Shown: piece after piece, positions 49,563-63,305 of the stretch | How the letters are laid out: each line of letters begins with the position of its first letter | Numbering within the stretch: position 1 is the stretch's first letter | DNA from: Squalus acanthias | Taxonomy: Eukaryota | NCBI GenBank assembly: GCA_030390025.1 | Contig: CM059432.1 | Coordinates: forward strand, 149,980,001 to 150,044,000 | Direction of reading: 5' to 3' | DNA: 64,000 nucleotides | The notes under the pieces: generated by a model | Told to the model about the DNA's origin: nothing | What the model saw: the letters and a program-made list of their open reading frames with translations, nothing else | The model's database searches: none | Position numbers and translations under genes: made by a program

Positions 49563-50855
49563 ATCGTAGAAATTTACAGCACAGAAGGAGGCCGTTCGGC
49601 CCATCGTGTCTGTGCTATCCAGCTCAATCCCCCTTTCCAGCTCTTGGTCCGTAGCCTTGTCAGTTGCAGCACTTCAAGTGCACATCCAAGTACTTTTTAA
49701 ATGTGGTGAGGGTTTCTGCCTCTACCACCCTTTCAGGCAGTGAGTTCCAGACCCCCACGACCCTCTGGGTGAAAAAGATTCTCCTCAACTCTCCTCTAAT
49801 CCTGCCAATTACTTTAAATCTGTGCCCCTTGGTTATTGTCCTCTCTGCTAAGGGAAATAGGTCCTTCCTATCCACTCTATCTAGGCCCCTCATAATTTTA
49901 TACACCTCAATAAGGTCTCCCCTCAGCCTCCTCTGTTCCAAAGAAAACAACCCCAGCCTATTAAATCTTTCTTCATAGCTAAACTTCTCCAGTCCTGGAA
50001 ACATCCTCGTAAATCTCCTCTGTACCCTCTCTAGTGCAATCACATCCTCCTGTAATGTGGTGACCAGAACTGTACACAATACTCCAGCTGTGGCCTAACT
50101 AGTGTTTTATACAGTTCAAGCATAACCTCCCTGCTCTTATATTCTATGCCTCGGCTAATAAAGGAAAGTATTCCGTATGCCTTCTTAACCACCTTATCTA
50201 CCTGTCCTGTTACCTTCAGGGATCTGTGGACATGCACTCCAAAGACCCTCTGTTCCTCTACACTTCTCAGTATCCTACCATTTATAGTGTATTCTCTTGC
50301 CTTGTTAGCCCTCCCCAAATACATTACCTCACATTTCTCCAGATTGAATTCCATTTGCCACTGTTCTGCCCACCTGACCAGTCCATTGATATCTTCCTGT
50401 AGTCTACAGCTTTCTTCCTCATTATCAACAACACGGCCAATTATTGTATCATCTGCAAACTTCTTAATCATGCCCCTACATTGAAGTCTAAATCATTGAT
50501 ATATACCACAAAAAGCAAGGGACCGAGTACTGAGCCCTGCAGAACACCAGTTGAAACAACCTTCCAGTCACAACAACACCCGTCAACCATTACCCTTTGC
50601 TTCCTGCCTCTGAGCCAATTTTGGATCCAACTTGCCACTTTGCCCCGGATCCCATGGACTTTTACTTTCATGACCAGTCTGCCATGCGGGACCTTATCAA
50701 AAGCCTCGCTAAAATCTATATAGACTACATCAAACGCACTACCCTCATCGACCCTCCTTGTTACCTCCTGAAAAAATTCAATCAAGTTAGTCAGACACGA
50801 CCTTCCCTTAACAAATCCATGCTGACTGTCCCTGATTAATCCGTGTCTTTCTATG
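49563..50855 (-). mobile_element. 5'-truncated CR1 LINE, frameshifted
   Basis: QHGFVKGRSCLTNLIEFF, GSVLGPLLF, KFADD, RGDLIEVYK across ORFs 50468-50869, 50040-50471 and 49660-50079. Confidence 0.93.
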
Positions 50856-52369
50856 TCATATGATTTCATATCGCTGACTTTGAATGGACCTGTCTATATT
50901 TGATAGACGGATTCAATGGTTACTATCAGTTGCCATTAGCGAAACCCCTTGTCAGTAGTGGAGTCTCAGGAAGTGGCCCCTTTTGCTGATGTCCTGTGGT
51001 ATGGGTGTTGTGCTTTAGTTTCTCAGCCATAAAAACACTGCCTGGATTTGAACAAGTCTCACTTTGAAATGTAATGATCCGGACTTTGCTGGTTGAATTC
51101 ATGAGCAGATAATTCATTCAGTTTTAATTGGTGTTAAATCATTTTGGATGGGGAACGGCTGCAAAGATAAAGGAAAGAATTGTTTAACTTGAAGTTATTC
51201 AATTGTTCGATGTGCTTGAATTTCAATTATTCCTAATGGAATCGGCTCATATTTTCCCCGAGGAACTGAGTCATCCAGGAAGATTCTGCTGTTATTCCCT
51301 CACCATAAGGATTTTTTAAATGTTTTCTCATTAATGTTCTCTCCTCTGTTCCTTCACTTGAGGCGTTTTCTCCTTGTTGGTTTATAGTTTCAGAGGCACA
51401 AGTTGGCATCGGGTGTCAACATTCAAGATTAGATTGAATAGGTGGATGAAGGGTAAGGGGGTGAAGGGATATGGGAACAGGGTGGGTAAATGTGATTCGA
51501 ACGAGCTGCTCGTGTGGAGGGTAAACACCAACACGGACTGGTTTGATCCAAAGGGCCTGTTTGCGTGCTGTAACTTTTATTTGCTTGAGGATTGTCAGTG
51601 ACAGGGGGGCATCACAGACTAGCCGGATTCTGTTACCACCAAACATCCAGATGTGCGTACTTTCACTGGGATCATTGCGGGGAGATCAGGGTTTTCTCAC
51701 CCTAACCCAGGGACACTGGGACAATTGTAGCCCTCCTCCCCCCACTGTCAATCCAGCAGAGATCAGCTGACGCAGTACAAAGCATGGATTGAACCGTGAC
51801 CTTCCTCGTCTATCTGGCTCAGCACTGATTCGGATAAACTTGTCCAGCGCTCTATCTCCTTAAGCGCCAATGAGTAATCCCTCACCAAGATTGGCCTAAT
51901 AGTATAATTAACAGCCTTTAAAAGTAAAAATGACAAAGGAAAGGGGAGTAAATTTCTTTTCTTGTTATTTTTGAATGTCATGGTTTTCATTGAACTGAAC
52001 TGGGGCTTCTCACAGCCCCCGGTGTCACAGGTGACAGAAACCAGCTCCCTCAGCGACAATTGGTCCAAATAAAAACCTGCTGAATTCTAAAGGTGCTGAT
52101 TGCATGAGCATTAGCCACAGGTCTTCTAACAGAGGTAAGGGAAATCCTGTGGGTCCATCGACAACAGATTGCTTTAGCACACCATGACATGATTACCTAA
52201 GGGCAGCGTCAGCAGTCAGATGGAATCAAGCTTCCCATCCCACATTCTCAGCCATAGCAGGTGCAGTATACTGCGGAAATGAGTCGGGTGGGGGGGTAGT
52301 AACAGGAGGGACACCTCTTCCCACCCTGCCACTGAGGAAGTCACCTGGCTTACCCGCTATCCTTGGCCC

Positions 52370-52600
52370 GCACCCCTCTCCCCCACACCTCCCCCCACCA
52401 CACACCTCCCCCCCTCCCCCCCCACACACCTCCCCCACAAACCTCCCCCACCTCCCCCCCACACACCTCCCCCCTCTCCCCCCCACACACACCTCCCCCC
52501 CCTCCCCCCCACACACCTCCCCCACAAACCTCCCCCCTCCCCCCCCCACACACCTCTCCCCCTCCCCCCCCCCCACACACCTCCCCCCCTCCCCCCCCAC
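52370..52600. repeat. C-rich minisatellite (CCCCACACACCTCCCC-like), followed by a CT-rich tract to ~53015
   Basis: Direct inspection. Confidence 0.85.
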
Positions 52601-54002
52601 TAAGGTGGTTATCTAGCCTTCCGCCTGCCAAGGTAGTTTTCCAGCCCCAACTACTCGCCATTCCCTCATTCCCTCTATCCTTCTCTATCCCTTTCCCTCT
52701 CCTCGCTCCCTCTGCCTACCCCATTCCCTGCCCCCTTCCCATCCCATTGGTCTCTCCCTCTCCTTCCTCTGTCCCTCCCCCCCCCTCTCTGTTTCTCCCC
52801 CTCCCCCGGTGTCCCCTTCTCTATCCTCTTCTCTTTGCCCCCTTCTTCCCCTTCTCTCTCTCACCATTCTTCCCCTTCTCTCTCTCACCATTCTTCCCCT
52901 TCTCTTCCTCCTCCTTTCCTTCCTGTCTGCTCCATTCCCCTCCCCTCCTCTACTCTTTTCCACTTTATTCCCCCCTCCCTCAGTGTGTGCTTCCTCCCCC
53001 TCCAATCCTCCTCCTAGATCCAATTATCTCCAAACATCTAACCTTGCCTGACTTAACGAGTGCACTTGATCACAATTCCCTGTGTGCAGCACCATGGGAG
53101 TTTGACTAGTCCTCAAAAATAAATGACTGGACACCTTTCTTCATTTTTATTCAATTAATTACTGTTGAAATATAGCTCCATTTAGGAATTGCACTGTACA
53201 TACCTGGGCACCATAGCAACATGAGAGAGGGTTGAAGCCTGGAATTTAACTTATTGTGAGAAACATTAGACAGTTACAGCTTCATTACAGTTTATTTCCA
53301 TTGGGGAGTGTTGGAGCTCCTTTGCACGGCCCATAGAGTGGTGCTCATGGCCTGCCACCCTCCCTTACTGATGACCCCAGCTCACCTTCTGTTAGGAGGC
53401 ACTGAGCTGAGGCCAAACACTTTCCCACAGAGAAGAGGTGAACTCAGAGGTTAAATCCTAGGATGCTGTCATGCATCTCCCAAAACCTAGCTCATGGGTG
53501 ATACAGGTTGAAGCCTGCGAGTAACCAGTGTCTGCCCAGAGAGACCCAACTACATGGTCAGGGAAACCTAAGTAAGGCGGAGGAAAAAACTAAGTGCATA
53601 CTCTCACCTGAAAAAAAATCCTTGTTTCCCTCCTTCTCCAGCTTCAAGCCTCTGTTCATCCCTTTTCCTCCCAACTTGCTTCCAAAATCCCTCCAAAGCT
53701 TCTTTCCCAGGTCCTCCCGGTCTTGGTCGCCTGTCCCTACCAATCTCCTGCTCCATCTTTCCTGATCTGCTGCCTTATACTTCCTGATAACATTCTGTTC
53801 TACATCTCGGAATGAGAGTCGGGGAACTCTGCTGGAAGCATGGTAATCCCAGCATTCCCAAGTGAGGATAGACTGATTTCACAAAGCAGGGAATTCTGGG
53901 ATATGAGATCACCCACTCCCTCTTGTAAGGATTTAGAAATTGACATCTTTTACTGCCTACTCTACCATCATGCCTTACGTAGTCAAATAGACCTAGTTTA
54001 CA

Positions 54003-55800
54003 GCAACAACAACAACATGTGTTTATATAGCACCTTTAACGTAGTAAAACGTTCCAAGGTGCTTCACAGGAGTATTATAAGACAAAAAATTGACACCGAG
54101 CCACAGAAGAAGAAATTAGGGCAGGTGACCAAAAGCTTGATAAAAGAAGTAGGTTTTAAGGAGTGTCTTAAAGGAGGAAAGAGAGGTAACAAGGTGTGAA
54201 GTTTAGGGAGGGAATTCCAGAGCTTAGGACCGAGGCAGCTGAAGGTACGGCCACCAATGGCTGAGCGATTATAATCAGGGATGCTCAAGAGGGCAGAATT
54301 AGAGGAGTGCAAATATCTTGGGGGGGTTGTGGGGTCTGAAGGAGATTACAGAGATAGGGAGGGGCGAGGCCATGGAGGGATTTGAAAACAAGGATGAGAA
54401 TTTTGAAATCAAGGCGTTGCTTAACCGGGAGCCAATGTAGGTCAGTGAGCACAGGGGGTGATGGGCGAACGGGACTTGGTGCGAGTTAGGACACGGGCAG
54501 CTGAGTTTTGGATGACCTCAAGTTTACGTAGGCTGGAATGTGGGAGGCTGGCCAGGAGAGCGTTGGAATAGTCAAGTCTAGAGGTAACAAAGGCATGGAT
54601 GAGGGTTTCAGCAGTGGTGAGCTGAGGCAAGGGCGGAGACAGGCGATGTTATAGAGGTGGAAATAGGCAGTCTTTGTTAAGCTGCGGATATGTGGTCGGA
54701 AGTTCATTTCAGGGTCAAATATGATACCAAGGTTGCGAACAGTCTGGTTCAGCCTCAGACAGTTGTTAGGGAGAGGGATGGATTCGATGGCTAGGGAACA
54801 GAGTTTGTGACGGGGACCAAAAACAATGGCTTCAGTCTTCCTAATATTTAATTGGAGAAAATTTCTGCTCATCCAGAACTAGATGTCGGACAAGCAGTCT
54901 GACAATTCAGAGACCGTGGAGGGGTCGAGAGAAGTGGTTGTGGGGTAGAGCTGGGTGTCGTCAGCATCCATGTGGAAACTGACGCTGTGTTTTCGGATGG
55001 TGTCACCAAGGGGCAGCAAGTAAGTGAGAAATAGGAGGGGGCCAAGGATAGATCCTTCAGGAACCCCAGAGGTAACGATGCGGGAGCGGGAAGAGAAGCC
55101 ATTGCAGGTGATTCTCTGGTTACGATTAGATAGATAAGAACGGATCCAGGCGAGTGCAGTCCCACCCAGCTGGACGACGGTGGAGAAGGATGGAATGGTC
55201 AACCGTGTCAAAGACTGCAGACAGGTCGAGAAGGACGAGGAGGGATAGTTTACCTTTATCACAGTCAGAAAGGTACTGTGGCAAGAGCGGAAACCTGATT
55301 GGAGGGATTCAAACATGGCGTTGCGGGAAAGATGGACATGGATTTGGGAGGCAACAACACGTTCAAGGACTTTGGAGAGGATAGGGAGGTTGGAGATGGG
55401 GCGGTAGTTTTCAAGGACGGAGGGGGTCAAGGGTTGTTTTTTGAGGAGAGGGGTGATGACGGCAGATTTGAAGGAGAGGGGGGACAGTACCTGAGGAGAG
55501 AGAACCGTTAACAATGTCAACTAACAGAAAATGAAGCTGGGTGGTCAGCAGTTTAGTGGGAATGGGGTCGAGGGAGCAGGAAGTGGGTCTCATAGACAAG
55601 ATGAGCGCGGAGAGGTCATGAGGGGAGATCGGAGAGAAACTGGAGAAAGATGTGAGTTCAGGGGTAGGGTAGGGGGAAACCTTAGAGGAAGTTTGGCCCG
55701 GTGGGCTAGGGGAAGGAAGGGAAATGGCAGAGGCAGCTGAACGGATGGTCTCAATCTTAGAGACAAAGAAGTCCATGAGCTCCTCACATTTGTTGTTGGA
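54003..55800 (-). mobile_element. 5'-truncated L2-clade LINE
   Basis: SCSLDPIPT, NYRPISNLPILSKVLE, QSGFR, GVPEGSILGPLLF, ADDTQLY, HAFVTSRLDYSN, QNSAAR; (TTG)n tail at 54003-54016. Confidence 0.92.
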
Positions 55801-57149
55801 GTTTAAAACTAAAAACAACTGCTGATACATTAAGAGAGAGCAAAGACGATTGAAACTTGCATAATCACATCTGGAGGTCATCATCAGATAAGGAAATGCC
55901 AATATCTGTGATTACCAGAAACAATGGGAAAAGCACAACTGGTAAACAGATGGCCCCTGATCACATTAAACGTCTGGGCTGTGAGTGAGACATCTCATGT
56001 TCATCTGATATACCAAAAGAAAACAAAAGTTAACTTGATCAAACAGCCAAATCAGAAAACAGGCAGCATGCACATTGTCTGATAAGGGAAGACAAAACTG
56101 GGAAGGTGCTAACCACGACAGATGTGATGGTTCGGGGTTCGCGTGACTGAAAGGCATATAAGAACACAGATGAAGCAATCTAAAGTTGTCGAGGTGGAGA
56201 TGCCGCACAGTAAGGGTCCAGCTAGACTACGCGCTCTACCCAGAGGAGGAACAGGGGAATACCGTTTTACTTCTCTGTAAATTACTTTTAAATACTGAAA
56301 TGTATTAATACTCGCTTGTGCTTGAAATAAAGGACTGTTGTACCCAATTTGGTGTCACCTTGGAATCCATTACACTCTCTCCTATTAACATTGCCTGACA
56401 CTCTCTTGCAGTGTGAGAGAGAGAGCAGGAAAGCTACAAACTTCTCAGGACAGCTGGCGAGGAGTGCAGCGTCAAATACAAAGACATGCGAGAATACAGT
56501 CTAAAGATTAAATACAACTTTAACTCAACTATCAATTAGGACAGTCATTGGGGTCATTTTGGTGTTAAAGGAGCTTTTTAACTCAAAGTGACTGTTCATA
56601 CTGACTGACGCTCATCTTTGTCAATCTCTTTTACTTGTTTCTATCAGTATTAATTTGCCATAATGAATATAATTGCAGGTCCTTATTAGCCTTTAGTATT
56701 TATGTAATGACTGATCCATTTTTCTTTTATTAGCCAGAATTTTTTGACAGAAAAAGATTCCTTTTAATTATCTTGGAAGGTGCACATGTTTGAGCAAACA
56801 CAAATTGATTTTGCTTAGCATGTAGCAATATTTTTCGCTAATTAATTTAAACCAATCAAGCCATCTTCGATAATCAGCATTAATTTTAAGAATGGGGATC
56901 CAGAGAATTAATGAGCCAGAACAGTGTAGAAATGCCAGTTCATGGGAGCTATGATGCTTCCATTGACATTACAGCTGCATCTGCATTACTGTGATGCAAT
57001 TTGCCAGGACACCCAGCACCCATCGCTGAGAAAGAGGACTTCCTTCCTGCTACCAACTTGCTCCACAGCACCAACTGAAGTCTGGGGGCCTTGGCCAAAG
57101 TCATCTTCTCTTCTGTGCTTGAAAAACCAGCTGATACATTCATCTATCA

Positions 57150-59194
57150 TAAAGCTCTGGGCCTAGAAGGCCTGTCTGCAGACTGTACAATCGCGGCATG
57201 GGCAGCAGACTGGGCTGGCTGGCTGACAGGCAACGGCAAGGGCACTGGCGGAGTGGCTGTGGTGGAGGACAAATGCTGTCATTCTGAGAGAGGACAGCAG
57301 ATTCATGCACCATGGACCCACTGCCACTCCCCTGGGTCGGCGCCTCAGCAATCCTTGTAATCTGTTGGAGGACAGATTGCTGGACTGCTGTGACACCCTG
57401 CAAGCCCCTTTGAACACTGGAATCCACAGCCATGATGACAGCAGTCTGAGCTTCCACTGCAGCACTCAGACGTTGGGTGGCTGCTGCTTGTGCTGCAATG
57501 GAAGTTACGACATCAGCCATCAGACGCTGCATCATGGTTGGGTCCACAAGTGTGCTAATGGAGTTGGCCACCACTTCCACGCTGGAAAGGATGGGCTCCA
57601 AGCTCTGCGCAAAGCCCTGTGCCAAGTTGGTGCCGGACTCCTCCATGCTCCTTGACATTGAGTGCAGGCTTTCTGACAGGCTTCCCATTGCACCAAGCAT
57701 TTCTTTGCGCATACCCATTAGCATTCTTTTGTAGGCTGCCCCATCAAAGTCCTCACCTGAGTCCTCCACAGCGCAACCCATGTGCAACCTGGCCCTCCGG
57801 CAAGCTGGCACCTGTGCTACCCTTGCCCCCTACCCTGGCAGCAGCACACTTGTGCCCGGTGTCTCACCACGTGCCGATCCCGCCTCTAATCTATCCTCTA
57901 AGATATGTACAATGTCAGTATCTGAGCTGCTGGCCGTGTGTGTGAAATCAAGTGACAATGCTGTGTCTTCATCATCACTCTTGCTGGTGTTCCTCCATTG
58001 CCTGGCCAGGTTTCAGTTCTTGGGTATCTGAAAGGAAAAAGGCACCAGAGTAAGATTGTGGTGAGGGGAGGGGAGCAAAGTAAGAGGTACATGCTTGCAC
58101 AATCTGCAGCTTGTAAATCAAAAGAGAATGTGGGATGAGGAGGAACTGGGATTTGAGAAGGAGGATTAGGTATGAGGGTACCATGATCTTCGATGGTTTC
58201 AGCCCCACCACTGGCCACGTCCTTAGCAATGGCCATTCCAATAACGGGCAGCACCGTCTCCTCCATGACAGTTAGGACGTGCAGGCCTATCTATCCCCCA
58301 CAGTTTAGCTCCTGCTGCCTCCGGTTGTTCACCACCTTGTCCGGCAAGAGAGAGGGGAGTGTGTCAGTGGGTTTCGTGCAATCTTCTGGGTGATGTGGCT
58401 GTCATGGTTGAATAGCTGGCAGTGTGTGCAAGCTGTGAGATGTGGGTGTGAGGCTTGCAACAGTGCTAAGTGTGTGAGGGTGAGGTTAAGCATATGAATG
58501 TTAGATCTGAGTGCTGATTGATAGAGATTGTTGGTCGGTGAGTGATGGGGGTGTGGTGAATTGAGCAGTGGCTAAGACTAGTGGTGCATTTGGTAGGATG
58601 TGGCAGTTGAAGATGCATTCACTGACCTTGACCACTCATGTAAGGTCATTGAACTTCTTGCAGCACTGCATCCAGGTCCTCGGGGCTTGACTCCTGGCAT
58701 TAACCTCCATGGCTATCTGCTCCCACTGCCTTTTGTCCGTGTGTCTGAACGGCCCCCTGCTCCCCTGCATATGTAGGACATCTCTCCTCCTTTCCCCCTC
58801 CTCCATTAAGACCTTCAGTACAGCATCCGAAAACCTTGCAGCCAGCTCTTCCCCATGTTTGTGCCATTCCTTACTGTTTCCCAGGATAGATTCACTTCCT
58901 GCATCACTCCCAGCAGCTGCACCAGCCACACTGCACCTCCCCTTTAAGAGAGGCAGGCTAGCTTTAAGCAGTGCAGGCTAGCTTTAAGTGGTGCTAGAAA
59001 GTTATGCTATTGGACCCCCTGCTGATTCGTGCAGCCAATGAACAGCACGGTCCATGCTGGCTGCTCACAGAAATCATTATAATGATCAGGCAGCACGAAG
59101 TTGGCATGCTGCCTGCATTTCAATCAATGGTCATGGATTCGTCACAGATCGCGATCCCCACGCCCATTTTTGGGGGCTAACCAATTTAAGCCCC
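57150..59194 (-). mobile_element. Harbinger copy 5 (left end plus 3-exon Myb pseudogene)
   Basis: End GGGGCTTAAATTGG at 59194; RFSDAVLKVLME..WMQCCKKFNDLT, MEETVL..ASGGAE, GMRKEMLGAM..QQSVLQQI. Confidence 0.88.
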
Positions 59195-59517
59195 TATAAG
59201 TCTAAAATAGTTGACAAAACGTCAACACTGTATTTGTCAGACTGCACTTAAAATGCTGCAGTTGTTAGTCATTGTGTCAGCAAACAAAAATATACAAATA
59301 TTGGAAAAGGTGCAGTAAAAGAGCAACAAGACTTATGCCAAGTTATCAGAAGGTGAGTTACGAGGAAAGATTAGAGAAGCTTAAGATTCAAGGTCTAGAA
59401 AGATGGTGGTTAAGGGGAAACACAATCATAAATATATAAAATAAAACAGAGCTGTCATTTCACAACATGCCAGAAGAGTAGCGCCAGAGTCCAGGAATTA
59501 AATACAAGTTAAAAGTA

Positions 59518-59900
59518 AAAAGAAAGACTTGCATTTTTATAGCACTATTCATAACCTCAGGACGTCACAAAGCGCGTTACAGCCGATTACGTGCTTTTTG
59601 AAGTGTAGTTACTGGTGTAAAGTAGGAAATGCAACAGTCAATTTGCACACAGCAAGATCCCACAAACAGCAATGAGATAATGACCAGATAATCTGCTCTA
59701 GTGATGTTGGTTGAGGAATAAATATTGACCAGTACACCGGGAGAACTCCCTGCTCTTCGAAATGGTGACATGGGATCTTTTACATCCACCTGACAGGCCA
59801 GACAAAGCCTCATTTTAATGACTCCTCTGAAAGACTCCACCTCTGACAGTGCATCACTCCTTCAGTACTGCACTGGCGTGTCAGTCTAGATTCTGTGTTC
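59518..59900 (-). mobile_element. Deu-like SINE, head missing
   Basis: Colinear with 33297-33690. Confidence 0.82.
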
Positions 59901-59954
59901 AAAATCAGCATGTCTGTCTGTGGCATTTTAACGCAGCCACCTCATTATAATTTT

Positions 59955-61095
59955 ATTTCAATGAGATCACCTCTCATTCTTTTAAACTCTAGAGAATATA
60001 GGCCTGGTCTAGTCAATCTCTCCTCATAGGACAATCCCCCCCATCCCAGGAATCAGTCCAGTGAACCTTCGTCGCACTCCCTCGAAGGCAAGTATATCCT
60101 TCTTAGGTAAGGAGACCAAAACTGTACACAATACTCCAGGTGTGGTCTCACCAGGGCCCTATATAATTGCAGTAAGACGTCTTTACTCTTGTACTCAAAT
60201 CCTCTTGTAATAAAGGCCAACATACCATTTGCTTTCCTAATTGCTTGCTGTACCTGCATGTTAATTTTCAGTGATTTGTGTACAAGGACACCCAGGTCCC
60301 TCTAAATACCAACATTTCCCAATCTCTCACCATTTAAAAAATATTCCGCTTTTCTATTTTTCCCACCAAAGTGGAGAACTTCACATTTCTCCACATACAG
60401 GAAACTCTTTGGTATCCAGCACTGACGGGACCGGGGTGGTGCCGGTTGATTAAAAATTCCGGATGACGGAGAAGGTTATCTACCGAGGCTATTTTTAACA
60501 AACAAAAATAAAAAAATCAAGAAATGTGCAGTATACAGTAATTGGGTGCTCACCTACAGAATGTTGTGTTAAATGGATGGTGGAAGATGCTTGATTAAAT
60601 ACAGTACTGCCAGTTGAGGGTAATCCATAACTCTTTAATTACTTAACAGTAAAACAAAACGGCGATTGAGGTGTTGTTTTCGGAGTATGAATTTTGCCGG
60701 TTAATAGAGAATTCCGGATATTTAGGTGCCGTTTAAACGAGAGTTTCCTGTATATTCCATTTGCCATGTTCTTGCCCACTCACTTAACCTGTCTATATCC
60801 CCTTGAAGCCTCTTTGCATCCTCCTCACAACTTACATTCCCACCTAGTTTATCTCAGCTGCAAACTTTGATATATTACACTCGGTTCCCTCATCTAAAAA
60901 ATTGATATAGATTGTGAATAGCTGAGACACAAGCACTGATCCTTTCAGTACCCCACTAATTACAGCCTGCCAACCCGAACATGACCCCTTTATTCCAAGT
61001 CTCTGCTTTCTGTCTGTTAACCAATCCTCAATCCGTGCTAATATGTTACCCTCAATCCCATGAGCCCTAATTCTGTGCAATAACCTTTTGTGTAA
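59955..61095 (-). mobile_element. CR1 RT fragment split by a TA-target MITE
   Basis: ANGMLAFITRG..VRPHLEYCVQFWSP; WLTDRKQR..GSVLVSQLFTIYIN..ISKFA. Confidence 0.9.
60398..60750. mobile_element. Tc1/mariner-pogo (Tigger-like) MITE
   Basis: TIR CAGGAAACTCT / AGAGTTTCCTG, TA duplicated at 60396-60397 and 60751-60752. Confidence 0.85.
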
Positions 61096-61204
61096 CAAGT
61101 CATGTTGACTTGATTTCAACAGGGAGTGAAATATGATCATCTTCATAATACTAAGTTGCAAAATTCTTACCTTGCCAGTATTAATTCATATCTTTTCTCT
61201 CCGC

Positions 61205-63305
61205 CAGGGCCTTCATGCATGCAGCAGGAGTCCATGGACATCGCGCACGACGAATACTCAAAGGAGCTGAGTCCTTCTGAGGGTGCACCATCACGGGATA
61301 CATGCTTACCATGCACCATCTTAGATGGTGGGACCAGTTAGACAAGATAGTTGTGTTTTTCACTTGGTGACTCGCACTTCACAAGTGAGCAAGAGCAGAT
61401 GGTGGAGTCAGGGACAGCAGTGGAGAGTCTGCGTCAGAGGGTGCAGCCCTCTCCGAACTCTGTTCAGCTGGACACGGATGCTGTACCCCAGGGGCCGTCA
61501 ATGAAAAGGAGAATCGTTGAGTAGCAGCAGAGAATGTGCGATGTACTTCCAAGCACACTGTCCATGATTGCAGAGAATGGAGGAGTCTACCTCAAGCATG
61601 AGTGCGTTGATGTTGCAGGGCATTGTGATGATGTCTTCTTGCATGGCCAACTTCGTGGAACATCAAGTGCGGCAATCAAATGAGTCCATGCATGCTTTGG
61701 ATGTCAATATGTCTGCCGCCTTAAATAGGATGATAGATACCTTAGCCTTGGCCTTACAGGGCTGCACTGATCTGCAGCAAAGTGCTCTCCAGCACAGTGG
61801 TAGCAGTGAAGTGCGGCTGGGCCATGAGAGAGATGATGGCGAAAGGGGACATGGAAGTAGGAACTCCACTCAAAGCGCTTTCACTTCTCACACATTGCTC
61901 CCCGCTACTGAGTCAAAAGCTCACATGCTGCCTCCTCTCCCAGTGGCCGAATCTGCCCCTGCACCGGTGCAGGTGGAGCAGTCTTTGGAGGGCCACTCAC
62001 AGGGGCCAAAACCCAGAGATCGTCGGCCAAGAGCATCTCAACATTCAGAGGAGGGATCTGAGCAGCCTGCCTCCACCTCTGCTCAAGCCACAGGAGTGGC
62101 ACCACATAGGAGTGGTAGGAAAAGGAAGACTAAAGCTTTGTAGTTACACAAGGGTGTGCACATGGGTCTACGCGAAAATGTTATGTTGTGAAATTTCTGT
62201 TCTTTAATAGAATCACATAAATGTTATTACTTTGCACCACTTTCCCATCTTGCCCATTCTTGGGCGCTGGTGGCAAGTCGCCTTTTAACTTGCTTGATGA
62301 TGAATGGGAAGACATGAATTGACGGGACCAATGGGGGTGTGTGCAAGGGGTGGTTGGTTGTTTGCGGGACTGCTTTGTGTCAGTGGCATTGGCAGGGGGG
62401 ACGGAAAGAGTGGCCGTTGCATGTACTAGTGACATGGATCCACACGGTGCAACCTAAGTGAACCTTGCATTAATAAGGGCATCCATGGCAGCCCAGGCAG
62501 TAATATGAGCAGTTGGTGCTGCATTTCCCTCATCAGCTTCCTCCTCCTCCTCGGAATCGTCTGGTTGTCATATGGCATTCATTGTAGAGCTGTTGGGCTT
62601 CATTGGTCAGGTTTCCGGGTGAGTTTTCATCAGCCAAGTTTGAAGTGGGTATCCCTTGCATCCTAGCAGCCACCCCTTAAGTGTGCTTGTAGGTCCAAAG
62701 ACAGCAGGGAGCTTGGACTGCCGCAGGACGAAAGCATCATGGCAGCTCCCCGGGAATCACGCCCACACCTGCGTAAATATCGTTTTGTGGTTGCATGCCA
62801 GCTGCACATTGATGGAATGGAAGCCCTTGCAGTTCATAAATACTCCTGGTTAATCTGCGTGGTGCGCGGATTGCCACTAGTGTGTGCAGTCAATGAACCC
62901 CTGCACCTGTGGGAACCAGCCAGAGACGCAAACCCGAGCGCTCGCTCATTCTGACTGGCGTCATCGCAGGCAAAGTTTGCATAAATTCCGGCCTTGGCAA
63001 ACAAGCCATCAGTCACCTGTCTTATGCATTTGTGGGCCGCCGACTGGGAGATCCTAGATATGTCTCCGGCAGAGCCCTGGAAGGATCCAGAGGCAAAGCA
63101 GTTGAGGGCAGTGGTGACTTTGACAGCCACTGGTAACGCATTGCCTCCAGGTCCAGTAGGGAGCAGGTCTTCTTCCAGGAGACTGCAGATGTCTGCCACC
63201 ACCTGATGCAACAACCTGAGCCTCCTGAAGCACTGCTGTTCCGACATGTCAAGGAAACTCAGCCTCTGCCTGTACACCCTATGTCATAGGTAGTCCCTCC
63301 AGTGA
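61205..63305. mobile_element. Harbinger copy 6 (divergent family): Myb last exon (+, to 62143) facing a degenerate transposase (-, ~62450-63300)
   Basis: RMEESTSSM..QQPASTS..RSGRKR-like C-terminus; [49 protein letters not shown]. Confidence 0.85.

Noticed and set aside
52226..53109. Gly-rich and Pro-rich ORFs
   Set aside because: Translations of C-rich and CT-rich low-complexity repeats.
55800..56390. Possible LTR remnant (TATAAG near 56157, AATAAA near 56326, ends AACA)
   Set aside because: No 5' TG end, TSD or PBS could be identified; too weak to list.
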